64,000 nucleotides of DNA from Spirochaetota bacterium (GTDB lineage Bacteria > Spirochaetota > GWE2-31-10), in assembly GCA_045133795.1 (NCBI GenBank), contig JBGUUT010000126.1, positions 7,943 to 71,942 on the forward strand. The letters run 5' to 3'. Below the pieces are notes generated by a model, which was not told the DNA's origin, ran no database searches, and worked only from the letters and a program-made list of their open reading frames with translations. The position numbers and the translations under genes were made by a program. Positions 17,387-26,582 of this stretch are shown here, in pieces. Each line of letters opens with the position of its first letter. The stretch's first letter is position 1.

Positions 17387-18934
17387 ATGGAGGGCAAGAT
17401 TATGGTTTATGTTATAGTCAGTCTTGTTTCCATCCTTATTGGCGGACTAACCGGATTTATTATTAGAATGATAATTGGTAAAGTTGACCTTAATTCAGCG
17501 GAAAACAAAGCCAAAATTATTTTAAGAGAATCAGAATTGGAAGCGGAATCTAAGAAAAAAGAACTTCTGCTGGAATCAAAGAATTCTATGATTCAAGAAC
17601 GAAATAGTTTTGAGCGAGAAACTAGAGAGCGAAGAGCTGAGTTACAAAAATATGAACGTAGAGTAACTCAGAAAGAGGAACAACTGGAGAAAAAAATTGA
17701 AGATCTTGAAAAAAAGGTCTTTGATGTCGGCGTGAAAGAAAAAGAATGTGAAGCCAAGTCAAATGAAGTTTCTAAATTGATAGAAACTTGGCATCAAAAT
17801 CTTGAAAAGTTGGCAGGTATGTCTTCTGAGCAGGCTAAAGAAATTCTTATAAAGGAATTGGAAGGTAAAGCAAAAGAAGATGCTCATCATCTTATTACTA
17901 AGATAGAAGAGGAAGCAAATAGAACTGCAACTAAAAAGGCAAGAGAAGTTCTTTTAACAACCATGCAACGTGTATCTTCTGAAGTAACTTCTGAAGTAAC
18001 GGTGGCGAGCGTTTCTCTCCCTAATGATGAGATGAAAGGTCGAATTATTGGTAGAGAAGGAAGAAACATTCGAGCATTAGAAACTCTTATTGGTGTTGAT
18101 GTTATTATTGATGATACTCCAGAAGCAGTAGTAATTTCTTGTTTTGACCCTGTAAGACGTGAAATTGCAAAAATCGCTCTTAGTCGACTTGTTGCTGACG
18201 GAAGAATTCATCCAACCAGAATTGAGGAAGTTGTCAATAAAGTTATCAATGAAGTTAATGAAACGATTTTTGATGAAGGTGAAAAGACAACAATGTCTCT
18301 TGGTATTCATGGTTTACCTTTGGAGGGAATGGTTGCATTAGGACGGCTTTATTATCGTTCTAGTTACGGACAAAATGTTCTTTATCATTCTATTGAAGTT
18401 GCTAAAATTGCCGGTGTTTTGGCAGCAGAATTGGGGTGTGATGTAGCTTTGGCTAAGAGAGCCGGGTTGCTTCATGATATTGGAAAAGGTGCCACAACGG
18501 ATGGAGAAAGTAGTCATACAGAAGCTGGTTATGAAATGGCTAAGAAATTCGGAGAATCCGAAAAAGTTCTTAATGCTATTTTAAGTCACCACGGAGATGT
18601 AGAGCCTACTTGTTTAGAGTCGGTTATTGTACAAATTGCAGATGCAATCAGTGCAAGCCGTCCTGGAGCGAGACGAGAAAGTATTGAAGGTTATATTAAG
18701 CGTCTGGAAAGCTTGGAAAAATTAGCAGAAAGTTTTGAAGGTGTTGAAAAAGCTTATGCAATTCAAGCAGGACGTGAAGTCAGAGTTGTTTTAAACAACG
18801 TAAAAACTGATGAAAGAACCGCAGCAGAAATTGCTAAGGAAATTGCAAAGAAAATTGAAGCTGAGCTTCGTTATCCTGGTAAAATAAAAGTTACTGCGAT
18901 AAGAGAAACCAGATTTATAGAATATGCAAGATAA
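17387..18934 (+). CDS. rny: Ribonuclease Y
   Basis: N-terminal TM helix, coiled coil, KH domain (GRIIGREGRNIRALE) and HD domain (HSIEVAKIAG...LLHDIGK). Confidence 0.9.
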   Translation: MEGKIMVYVIVSLVSILIGGLTGFIIRMIIGKVDLNSAENKAKIILRESELEAESKKKELLLESKNSMIQERNSFERETRERRAELQKYERRVTQKEEQLEKKIEDLEKKVFDVGVKEKECEAKSNEVSKLIETWHQNLEKLAGMSSEQAKEILIKELEGKAKEDAHHLITKIEEEANRTATKKAREVLLTTMQRVSSEVTSEVTVASVSLPNDEMKGRIIGREGRNIRALETLIGVDVIIDDTPEAVVISCFDPVRREIAKIALSRLVADGRIHPTRIEEVVNKVINEVNETIFDEGEKTTMSLGIHGLPLEGMVALGRLYYRSSYGQNVLYHSIEVAKIAGVLAAELGCDVALAKRAGLLHDIGKGATTDGESSHTEAGYEMAKKFGESEKVLNAILSHHGDVEPTCLESVIVQIADAISASRPGARRESIEGYIKRLESLEKLAESFEGVEKAYAIQAGREVRVVLNNVKTDERTAAEIAKEIAKKIEAELRYPGKIKVTAIRETRFIEYAR

Positions 18935-18965
18935 AAACTTTCACACACACTTGTTTGTGAGTTTC

Positions 18966-19006
18966 AAAAAGCCATATACAGAGAAAATGTATATGGCTTT
19001 TTTTAT
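18966..19006 (+). terminator. Rho-independent terminator after rny
   Basis: Stem AAAGCCATATAC/GTATATGGCTTT followed by a T-run. Confidence 0.7.
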
Positions 19007-19105
19007 TTGTGTTGCTTGATGAACTTTTTCTTTAATCTTATCAGAAAGTAAACATTATCAATTTGAATTATTTGTTTTGTTGTAATTTTTGAATATTAAA
19101 AGAGC

Positions 19106-19147
19106 ATAAAAAAAAGCGGCAGTTGTATAAAACTGTCGCTTTTTTGA
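19106..19147 (-). terminator. Rho-independent terminator after rpsI
   Basis: Stem GCGGCAGTT/AACTGTCGC flanked by an A-run and a T-run. Confidence 0.55.
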
Positions 19148-19164
19148 TATATAAAAGATACAAA

Positions 19165-19575
19165 TTATCTCTTTGAGAATTGGAATCTTTTTCTTGCTTT
19201 TTTCTGACCGAATTTCTTTCTTTCTACCATTCTTGGGTCACGAGTTAAAAGTTTCAAACTCTTTAAAGGTTTATGGTTGTTCGTATTGTCAATTAAATCC
19301 AAAGCTCTTGCAATTGCATGACGAATTGCACCAGCTTGTCCGCTTAATCCACCACCGTAAACATTTATAGAAATATCGTACTGTTCTAAGCTGTTTGTCA
19401 CAACTAAAGGTTGTTTTACAATCATGTCGTAAGTTCCGACAGGGAAGAAATCAGCAAGAGTTTTTCCGTTTACTTTAATTTCTCCCTTACCTTTTACTAC
19501 AACTACTCTGGCTACTGAAGTTTTTCTTCTACCTGTAGCAAAATATTTATTTCCAATTTTTTTTGCAATACCCAT
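19165..19575 (-). CDS. rpsI: 30S ribosomal protein S9
   Basis: GGGLSGQAGAIRHAIARAL and the C-terminal KKARKRFQFSKR. Confidence 0.9.
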   Translation of the reverse strand: MGIAKKIGNKYFATGRRKTSVARVVVVKGKGEIKVNGKTLADFFPVGTYDMIVKQPLVVTNSLEQYDISINVYGGGLSGQAGAIRHAIARALDLIDNTNNHKPLKSLKLLTRDPRMVERKKFGQKKARKRFQFSKR

Positions 19576-19589
19576 TCATGTCTCCTTAA

Positions 19590-20045
19590 TTATTTGATTT
19601 CCAGTTTTTCAGGGTTCTGAGAAACTTGTTTATAATCAGCACCAGCATAAACTCTTACATTTCTGAATAATTCACGTCCTAAAGGTCCATGTGGAAGCAT
19701 ACCTTTAATAGCTTGTTCCATAGGGTAAGTAGGTTTCTTTTCCATAACTTTGTCATAAGAATTTTCTGTAAGTCCGCCCGGATATCCTGAGTGTCTGTAA
19801 TACATTTTATCAGAACCTTTGTTTCCTGTCATTACAGCTTTTTCTGCATTAATAATAATAACGTTATCACCGGTATCAAGGTGTGGTGTATAAATAGCTT
19901 TGTGTTTTCCTCTTAAAATATAAGCTGCTCTTTCAGCAACACGTCCCATAGAAACGCCAGCAGCATCGATAAGATACCATTTTTTCTGAATATCTTTTTT
20001 TGTAACATTGTAAGTTTTAAAGTGATTCATTTTAACTCCTGTCAT
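19590..20045 (-). CDS. rplM: 50S ribosomal protein L13
   Basis: The L13 N-terminal pattern (KTY...KKWYLIDA) and the conserved rplM-rpsI order. Confidence 0.9.
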   Translation of the reverse strand: MTGVKMNHFKTYNVTKKDIQKKWYLIDAAGVSMGRVAERAAYILRGKHKAIYTPHLDTGDNVIIINAEKAVMTGNKGSDKMYYRHSGYPGGLTENSYDKVMEKKPTYPMEQAIKGMLPHGPLGRELFRNVRVYAGADYKQVSQNPEKLEIK

Positions 20046-20382
20046 TTTTGAAAATCCAATAAAATGTAACGGGATTACCGGAATTTCACACAGCTTTTAC
20101 GGCTGGTTGGCACCGAAAAAGACTGTTGGCAAACTAGCACAAATTTTAATTGTTAGCAAGTTTATTTTCGAACAAAGGGGGGAATGGTTTAATTTAAAAA
20201 TTATTTTTTTGGGGGAGAAAAATATTTTGTGTAATTTATTTCAGTTTAGGGTTATAAAAATTTCCTTTTTTCAATGAAATTGCCGATTCGCATATATGAT
20301 TTTTTAAAATATATAACCGTATGGTTTTATAGATAAGATATTGTATACTGACTTTTTAAATTAGGAAATTAAGGGGAAATTA

Positions 20383-21120
20383 ATGAAAAAGCTATGTTTG
20401 ATTATGTCTGTTTTGTTTATCTGCAGTTCAATTTTGTTTGGTGAGGAAAAAAAACAAGAGGAAAAAAAGAGTGCATTGACATGGGTACAAAACATGGGGG
20501 TTGTACGAAAAGCTTTAATCGACTCAAATAAAATTCAGGAGTTGGAACGAGTTGATAAAGAAATACTTAACCAAATAAAGGAAAAGAATATTTCGGATTG
20601 CGAAAAAGAAGCTGCACAATTGATTGGTTATATTATTGTTTCAAAAAATTATTATTCTACGGCTAACACAGCATTAGGTTTGGAAGTGCTCTTTTCTGAT
20701 TTTTCAGATAAGAATTATTTTTTAGATACAGTTTGTGAGATTGCCAGTTATGATTTTATGTCAAATTATTTGGTTCTTTCAACGGTACTTACCGGTTTTA
20801 GAAAAAGCTTGGGTGTAGATGAAGATAAACTTTTTAAAAGTTACAAAATAATATCAGCTAATTTTTCTTCTTATGTTTGTGACCAATCGAAAGTAGGTTC
20901 AATTCCGGTAATAACTTCTTTGATTTTATTTTTAAATGATTATTTTGTTTTAGTAGAAGACGGGAAGTTAGCAGGACATTATAATTCTGTCGCAGAAGAT
21001 ACTTTCGGGATTTTAAGTTCTTTATTACACGGAGATTTGAAAAAATATCAGGGCGGTGCAGATCTTCAGAAAAACTTCAATTTTTATGCGAATAATCGTC
21101 GAGAACGCGGTGCGTACTGA
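20383..21120 (+). CDS. Hypothetical secreted protein
   Basis: Signal peptide present and no recognisable domain. Confidence 0.5.
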   Translation: MKKLCLIMSVLFICSSILFGEEKKQEEKKSALTWVQNMGVVRKALIDSNKIQELERVDKEILNQIKEKNISDCEKEAAQLIGYIIVSKNYYSTANTALGLEVLFSDFSDKNYFLDTVCEIASYDFMSNYLVLSTVLTGFRKSLGVDEDKLFKSYKIISANFSSYVCDQSKVGSIPVITSLILFLNDYFVLVEDGKLAGHYNSVAEDTFGILSSLLHGDLKKYQGGADLQKNFNFYANNRRERGAY

Positions 21121-21146
21121 TTTATACTAAATTAATAAGGGAAAAT

Positions 21147-22598
21147 ATGAATACGGCAGAAAAGATTCTTGAGCAATATAAAACGATAACGATGATACAA
21201 TATTTGGAACAAGTATTAGATTGGGACTGTGAGGTGAATCTTCCCAACGGCGGTTATGCATATCGTGCGGAGCAAGCTGCGTGGCTTGCCGGTGCTGTAC
21301 ATCAAAAACTCACAGAACCAAAATTTGTTGAAGATGTATTAAGTTATGTTCCCGGTGATAATGCTTTGCAAAATGATGAGATTGCACACATCAGAAGAAT
21401 AGTGGAATTGGAGCAGAAAATTCCGGAAAAGCTTCGTAAGGAAAAGGCTCGTCTTTCTGCAAAAGCGGGAGGTTTGTGGGAGGCTGCAAAGAAATCAGGA
21501 GATGATTCGGAATTTCTTCCGATATTAACTCAGATAATTCATTTGGAGCATGAATATTGTAAATGCAAAGGTTTCGAAAAAGATATTTATGATGCGTTGC
21601 TTGATGATTATGACAGAAATCTATCGTATTCGTTTGTAGAAAAATTATTTAATAATTTAGTTCCGCAATTGAAAGAACTTATAAATAATGCCAAAGAAGA
21701 CAGCAGAAAATTACGTTTTTTTGCAGATAAGACAAAACAAGAAAAACTCAGTCGTATAGTAATTAATGAAATCGGTCTGGATTCTCAACGTTCTCGGCTT
21801 GATATATCGACTCATCCTTTTACGGCGACTTTAGGTATCGGGGATGTTCGAATTACAACTAATTATGATGAAAATAATTTTACGTCTTCTATGTTCAGTA
21901 CCTTGCACGAAGGTGGACATGCCCTTTATGAATTGGAGACTCAAAAGATTTTTGGGGATTCTCCCTGTGCGTCTATAGTTTCGTTGGCACAACACGAATC
22001 GCAATCTCGTTTTTTTGAAAATACAATAGGGCGAAGTAGAGCTTTTTGTGAATATATTTTTCCACAGTTAAAAGAACTTTTCTTGCCGGAGGATATTACA
22101 CCGGAAATTTTTCATGATAGCGTAAACAGTGTGTCATATACGCCTATTCGTGTAGATTCCGACGAACTTTATTATAATCTTCATATTGCGTTGCGAACAA
22201 AATTGGAACATAGTTTGATTAATGATGACTTGCAACCGAAAGATTTGAGTGACGCATGGGATTATGAATTTGAGCTTTTGTTTAACAAAAAACCGGAGTC
22301 AAAAAAAGACGGTTATTTGCAGGACGTGCATTGGTCTTGCGGATTGTTCGGATATTTTCCGACATATACAATAGGAAATCTTATTGCGGCACAGCTTGCG
22401 ACAAAGGTAAATAGTGACACCGGGATTTTTGATAAGGCATTTGATAAAAACAGTATTCCGACCATAAAAGAATGGTTATGTAAGAATTTTTATGTTTACG
22501 GAAACAGATATTGTACTGAAGATTTAGTGAAGAAAGTAACGGGACAGTCGCTAAGTACAGATTCTTTGATTGCAGATTTGAAAAAGCGTTATTGTTAG
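21147..22598 (+). CDS. M32 family carboxypeptidase (Taq-like)
   Basis: HEGGHALYE zinc motif, HPF motif (STHPFT) and the overall length. Confidence 0.8.
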   Translation: MNTAEKILEQYKTITMIQYLEQVLDWDCEVNLPNGGYAYRAEQAAWLAGAVHQKLTEPKFVEDVLSYVPGDNALQNDEIAHIRRIVELEQKIPEKLRKEKARLSAKAGGLWEAAKKSGDDSEFLPILTQIIHLEHEYCKCKGFEKDIYDALLDDYDRNLSYSFVEKLFNNLVPQLKELINNAKEDSRKLRFFADKTKQEKLSRIVINEIGLDSQRSRLDISTHPFTATLGIGDVRITTNYDENNFTSSMFSTLHEGGHALYELETQKIFGDSPCASIVSLAQHESQSRFFENTIGRSRAFCEYIFPQLKELFLPEDITPEIFHDSVNSVSYTPIRVDSDELYYNLHIALRTKLEHSLINDDLQPKDLSDAWDYEFELLFNKKPESKKDGYLQDVHWSCGLFGYFPTYTIGNLIAAQLATKVNSDTGIFDKAFDKNSIPTIKEWLCKNFYVYGNRYCTEDLVKKVTGQSLSTDSLIADLKKRYC

Positions 22599-22602
22599 AG
22601 GC

Positions 22603-23460
22603 ATGGTTATGAAAATAATTGCAGATTCTCATTTACATTCAACTTTTTCTTCCGACGGAAAAAATTCTATCAAAGAAATGGCTTTTTCAGCTATAGAAAA
22701 AGGAATAAAAACGATAACTTTTACAGACCATGTCGATATCGATTATCCGATATGTCCGAATCCTCAAACCGGCAAAGTTGAAATATTTAACAAATTAAAT
22801 ATAGATGAATACCGCAAAGCCTTAACTGCATTGCAAGTCGAATTCTGCAATAGATTACAAATATTAATCGGCGTAGAAACCGGCTTGCAACCGAATACTT
22901 CTATTCATTCCAGAACTAAAGATTTTACCGACAGGCTCAATCCTGACTTTATAATTGCCAGTACACATTGTGCCTGCGGGCAAGTTTTGGCTCCGTATAG
23001 TTTTTTTAAGGATAGAACAAGAGATGAGGCGTATCGTAAATATCTTGAAGAAGTTCTTGCAAACCTTAGTATGACGGACAATTATGATACTGCAGCTCAT
23101 CTTGATTTTGTAGAAAGATATTACCCGGCAGAAAATGTAGAAGAAAAATTATTGAAATACGAAGACTTTGCTGATGTAATAGATGAAATCTTGCTTACGC
23201 TTATTCGTAAAGATAAAGCCTTAGAAATTAATACTGCCGGTATTCGTTATGGGCTGGGAGTTCCTCACCCGTCACAAAGAATTCTTTTAAGATACAAAGA
23301 GCTGGGCGGAAAACTTATTACCATAGGAAGTGATGCTCATCGAGCGACAGATATTGCGGCAGATTTTGAGACTGTAGCTCAATATTTGTTAGATGCCGGT
23401 TTTAAAGAATATTGTGTTTTCGAAAACAGAAAACCGAGATTGTTGGCTTTTGGAAAATAA
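22603..23460 (+). CDS. PHP-domain histidinol-phosphatase family protein
   Basis: N-terminal ADSHLHSTFSSDG and a second metal site DHVD. Confidence 0.7.
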   Translation: MVMKIIADSHLHSTFSSDGKNSIKEMAFSAIEKGIKTITFTDHVDIDYPICPNPQTGKVEIFNKLNIDEYRKALTALQVEFCNRLQILIGVETGLQPNTSIHSRTKDFTDRLNPDFIIASTHCACGQVLAPYSFFKDRTRDEAYRKYLEEVLANLSMTDNYDTAAHLDFVERYYPAENVEEKLLKYEDFADVIDEILLTLIRKDKALEINTAGIRYGLGVPHPSQRILLRYKELGGKLITIGSDAHRATDIAADFETVAQYLLDAGFKEYCVFENRKPRLLAFGK

Positions 23461-23472
23461 AAAAGGAAACAA

Positions 23473-24243
23473 ATGAAAATTATCTTAACAGATTTAGATG
23501 AAACTTTGCTTCATTCAGATAAGACGATTTCTGACTATACAAAAGATGTTTTATCACAATGTAGAGCTTGCGGAATTTTAGTGGGATTTTGTACTTCACG
23601 AGGAATGGCCGGAATCCGTGATTATATAAAACAGATTCAACCTGACATTGTGATTTGTAACGGCGGAGCTTGTATTTATTATAATGACGAATTAGTTCAT
23701 TCTGCAACTTTTACGACAGAAGAAACACGTGAGATTTTAGCAAAGGCGTATGAGGTTTGCGGTGAGAGCTGTGAAATAACTTTGGATACTCTGGAGTATA
23801 TTTATTGGAACAGAGGAAAAGATGAAACCGTGAAATATGTAGATAATGCAATTTTTGATGATTTTTCAAATTTTGCACAGCCGGCAATGAAAATTTGTGT
23901 TCAGACCGATGACCCGGAAAAAGCAAAAATGATTGCACAATGCGTAACGTCTTGTGATTATCTGTCGTTTTCGGATATTCCGTGGTATAAATTTTCAAGC
24001 GGAATTGCGACTAAAGAATATGCGGTGAAAGTGCTTTCAGAGAAATTAAAAGTTTCTTTAGATGAAATAATTGCGTTCGGTGATGATTTTAACGATATCG
24101 GGATGTTAAAGCTTTGCGGTAAGGGAATCGCTATGGAAAATGCAATTTTGCAGGTAAAAGAAGTTGCCGATGATATTACGTTGTCAAATAATGAAGACGG
24201 AGTGGCAAAATATTTGCAATTACATGGTATAATTACAATGTAG
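23473..24243 (+). CDS. Cof-type HAD-IIB family hydrolase
   Basis: Motif I DLDETLL and a C-terminal GDDFND motif. Confidence 0.75.
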   Translation: MKIILTDLDETLLHSDKTISDYTKDVLSQCRACGILVGFCTSRGMAGIRDYIKQIQPDIVICNGGACIYYNDELVHSATFTTEETREILAKAYEVCGESCEITLDTLEYIYWNRGKDETVKYVDNAIFDDFSNFAQPAMKICVQTDDPEKAKMIAQCVTSCDYLSFSDIPWYKFSSGIATKEYAVKVLSEKLKVSLDEIIAFGDDFNDIGMLKLCGKGIAMENAILQVKEVADDITLSNNEDGVAKYLQLHGIITM

Positions 24244-24291
24244 CATAATTGTAGAAGAACTACCTGAATCAAAAAAATCTTGAGGTAACAA

Positions 24292-26487
24292 ATGGACCAA
24301 TTAAAACAAAACTTAGAACGAATTTTAAAAGTGCGTGATGTCGACCTTGGGCTTTTTATACTTGCAATGCATTCACTTATAGAACGTTGTCTTAGTGAAA
24401 AATACGGTACGGGGAATTATGATTCCGATAACACATTCGGAACTCTGCTAGGCCGTTATATAAATGATTATTATAATACTCACGGGAAGCCGGGATTCCC
24501 ATGTGCTGAAAAAAGAATTTTATCAAATGCCGAATGGAATTTGTTTCAAAGTCTGAAGAAGCTTTATAAAAATCACCATCTTTCTAATGATGTTCGTCAC
24601 AGATTTGACACAAAAAATATAGAAGAAGCTCAGGCGACCGTAAAATGTTTCCTTTCATTCGCAGAAGCGGAAAATTGGAAATTTCATGAATTGTTGAATA
24701 AACTCAAAAGAGAACTGGAAACTTGGGATTCTCACAGTTCATATCAAAGCGAAGAACTTACAAAAGCAATCGCACTGATTAAACAGTTAAAAGCGGAAAA
24801 TGAAAATCTGGCAGAAAAAGTAAATACTTTTGAAGATTTGCAAAATCAGTTGAATGTTTTAACTTCTAAAGAAAATCTATTAAAAACTCAACTTCAGGAA
24901 ACGGAAGCACGTCTTTCAAAAAAAGATGCAAAAGTTGATGAACTCAGAAAAAAGACGCATGACCAAATGATGTCTTTTCAAAACGAAAAGAAAGAAATTT
25001 TGGAACAATTAAAAGAATATGAATCGACAAAAGAATATATTTCTCATTTAGAAAAGGTCGCTTTTTATACAAAAACTCGCCATGATTACGAATCGTCCGT
25101 AACAAAGCTTACAACCGAACAAACAGAAGTTTTGGAACAAATCAAATTGAATAAAGATTATCTTGTAAAAGGTTCTGCCGGAACTGGGAAGTCTTTGGTT
25201 CTTTTAAAAACTTTAGAAAAATCTGTAGAGTCTTTGAAGTCGGACTTAAACTTTGAAACGATAAAAAATCATTTCAGGCTTTTAACATACACAAAAAGTT
25301 TGGTTAAATATAATCAGTATGTCACAAAAATACTGGGAACTGAAATCCCGGAGGAAACAATAACAACGGCGGATTCATTCCTTTTTTCTATGATGAAAAA
25401 ATTCTATCCGGCAAAAGATATTTCCTTTGGTTTTGAAGATTTTTTTGACGCTATTTTTGCTTGTGAAAAATTTTCAGCGAAAGAAGTTTTTACAGAGTGT
25501 CAGGAATTTATTTGGGCAAATTGCATTACAAAAGAAGCGTACATCGAAAAAGTTTGTGACCGTGTAGGTATGAAAAATCCGATGAAAAAGGAAGAGCGAA
25601 TTGTAATGTGGGCAGCTTTGGAAAATGCTGAAAAGCAACTTGAAACATATGATAAATGGCCTCGCAATTTTGCTGCAAAAAAGATAATTGAAGCAATGGA
25701 AGAGGCGATAAAAAATGATAATACTGATTTTCGTGCTGAATATTCGTTTGTGGATGAAGCACAAGATTTACCGCCGGTAATTCTTTCGCTTATAAAAAAA
25801 GCGACAAACAGAGGTGTGTTTCTTGCAGGAGACAGCGACCAGTCGATTTATAGAAAAGGTTTTAATTGGAATAGTTCCGGAATCGATATCAGAGGAAGAA
25901 CAAAAATTCTTAAAACGAATTTTAGAAACACAAATCAAATTCACGATTTTGCGGAAAATTACCGTAGAAAATTTAAGAATATGGATAAAACTTCTGAACC
26001 GACAGCTTTTAGACCTGGCCCGCCGGTGGAACATTCAATCGGCGAAAATACAAATGATTTAATGAATCAAATTGTTCAGCAAGTAAAACTTCTTTTGAAT
26101 GTTTTAAAATATGATGAAGAAAATATTTGTATTATCGCAAATCAAAATCAAAAACTGGAAAAAATCCGAAATCTTTTGGATAAAAAGCTTGGCATAAAAA
26201 GTTTTCAGATAGTGGAGAAAGATTTTGATTTTGCAGAATCAAAAGGAATCAGACTTTGTACAATGCAAAACTGTAAAGGCTTGGATTTCCCTGTTGTTTT
26301 ATTTTTGGCAGACCACAGAATCCAAGGGGCAGAACAACAATCGGTGTTTGATTCGGAAACTTATTATGAACAACAATACAATATGGTTTACGTTTGTCTG
26401 ACACGTGCAATGGAAATGCTTCATATTTTTACCGTAAAAACTTCAGAATTTGCTCCGTTTAAGGATTTGACTTTAGATTCAGAATAA
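24292..26487 (+). CDS. Standalone UvrD-like SF1 helicase protein with an unknown all-alpha N-terminal domain and a coiled-coil linker
   Basis: Helicase motifs read directly: GSAGTGKS (Walker A), FVDEAQDL (motif II), LAGDSDQSIY (III), KTNFRNTNQI (IV), CKGLDFPVV (V) and YVCLTRAME (VI). Residues 1-130 have no recognised motif and residues 130-270 are heptad-rich. Confidence 0.6.
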   Translation: MDQLKQNLERILKVRDVDLGLFILAMHSLIERCLSEKYGTGNYDSDNTFGTLLGRYINDYYNTHGKPGFPCAEKRILSNAEWNLFQSLKKLYKNHHLSNDVRHRFDTKNIEEAQATVKCFLSFAEAENWKFHELLNKLKRELETWDSHSSYQSEELTKAIALIKQLKAENENLAEKVNTFEDLQNQLNVLTSKENLLKTQLQETEARLSKKDAKVDELRKKTHDQMMSFQNEKKEILEQLKEYESTKEYISHLEKVAFYTKTRHDYESSVTKLTTEQTEVLEQIKLNKDYLVKGSAGTGKSLVLLKTLEKSVESLKSDLNFETIKNHFRLLTYTKSLVKYNQYVTKILGTEIPEETITTADSFLFSMMKKFYPAKDISFGFEDFFDAIFACEKFSAKEVFTECQEFIWANCITKEAYIEKVCDRVGMKNPMKKEERIVMWAALENAEKQLETYDKWPRNFAAKKIIEAMEEAIKNDNTDFRAEYSFVDEAQDLPPVILSLIKKATNRGVFLAGDSDQSIYRKGFNWNSSGIDIRGRTKILKTNFRNTNQIHDFAENYRRKFKNMDKTSEPTAFRPGPPVEHSIGENTNDLMNQIVQQVKLLLNVLKYDEENICIIANQNQKLEKIRNLLDKKLGIKSFQIVEKDFDFAESKGIRLCTMQNCKGLDFPVVLFLADHRIQGAEQQSVFDSETYYEQQYNMVYVCLTRAMEMLHIFTVKTSEFAPFKDLTLDSE

Positions 26488-26504
26488 AACTGTTTATGAA
26501 CCAA

Positions 26505-26558
26505 TAAAAAAATACCGTGTTTGTTTTTTGGGAGAAAACAAACACGGTATTTTTTTGT
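26505..26558. terminator. Bidirectional Rho-independent terminator
   Basis: 17-bp stem AATACCGTGTTTGTTTT/AAAACAAACACGGTATT flanked by an A-run and a T-run. Confidence 0.75.
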
Positions 26559-26582
26559 ATTGAAGTCTAATTTTAATATTTT

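Noticed and set aside
20046-20382. 337-bp divergent intergenic region upstream of rplM, a possible ribosomal-protein leader or sRNA
   Set aside because: I could not identify a convincing conserved structure or autoregulatory mimic by eye. It is left as an ordinary promoter region pending RNA-seq.
24292-24700. HEPN (R-x4-6-H) motif in the N-domain of the standalone helicase
   Set aside because: I searched the N-terminal 130 residues for R-x4-6-H and found only RYINDYYNTH (R-x8-H) and adjacent RH pairs. There is no clean motif, so I do not call HEPN.
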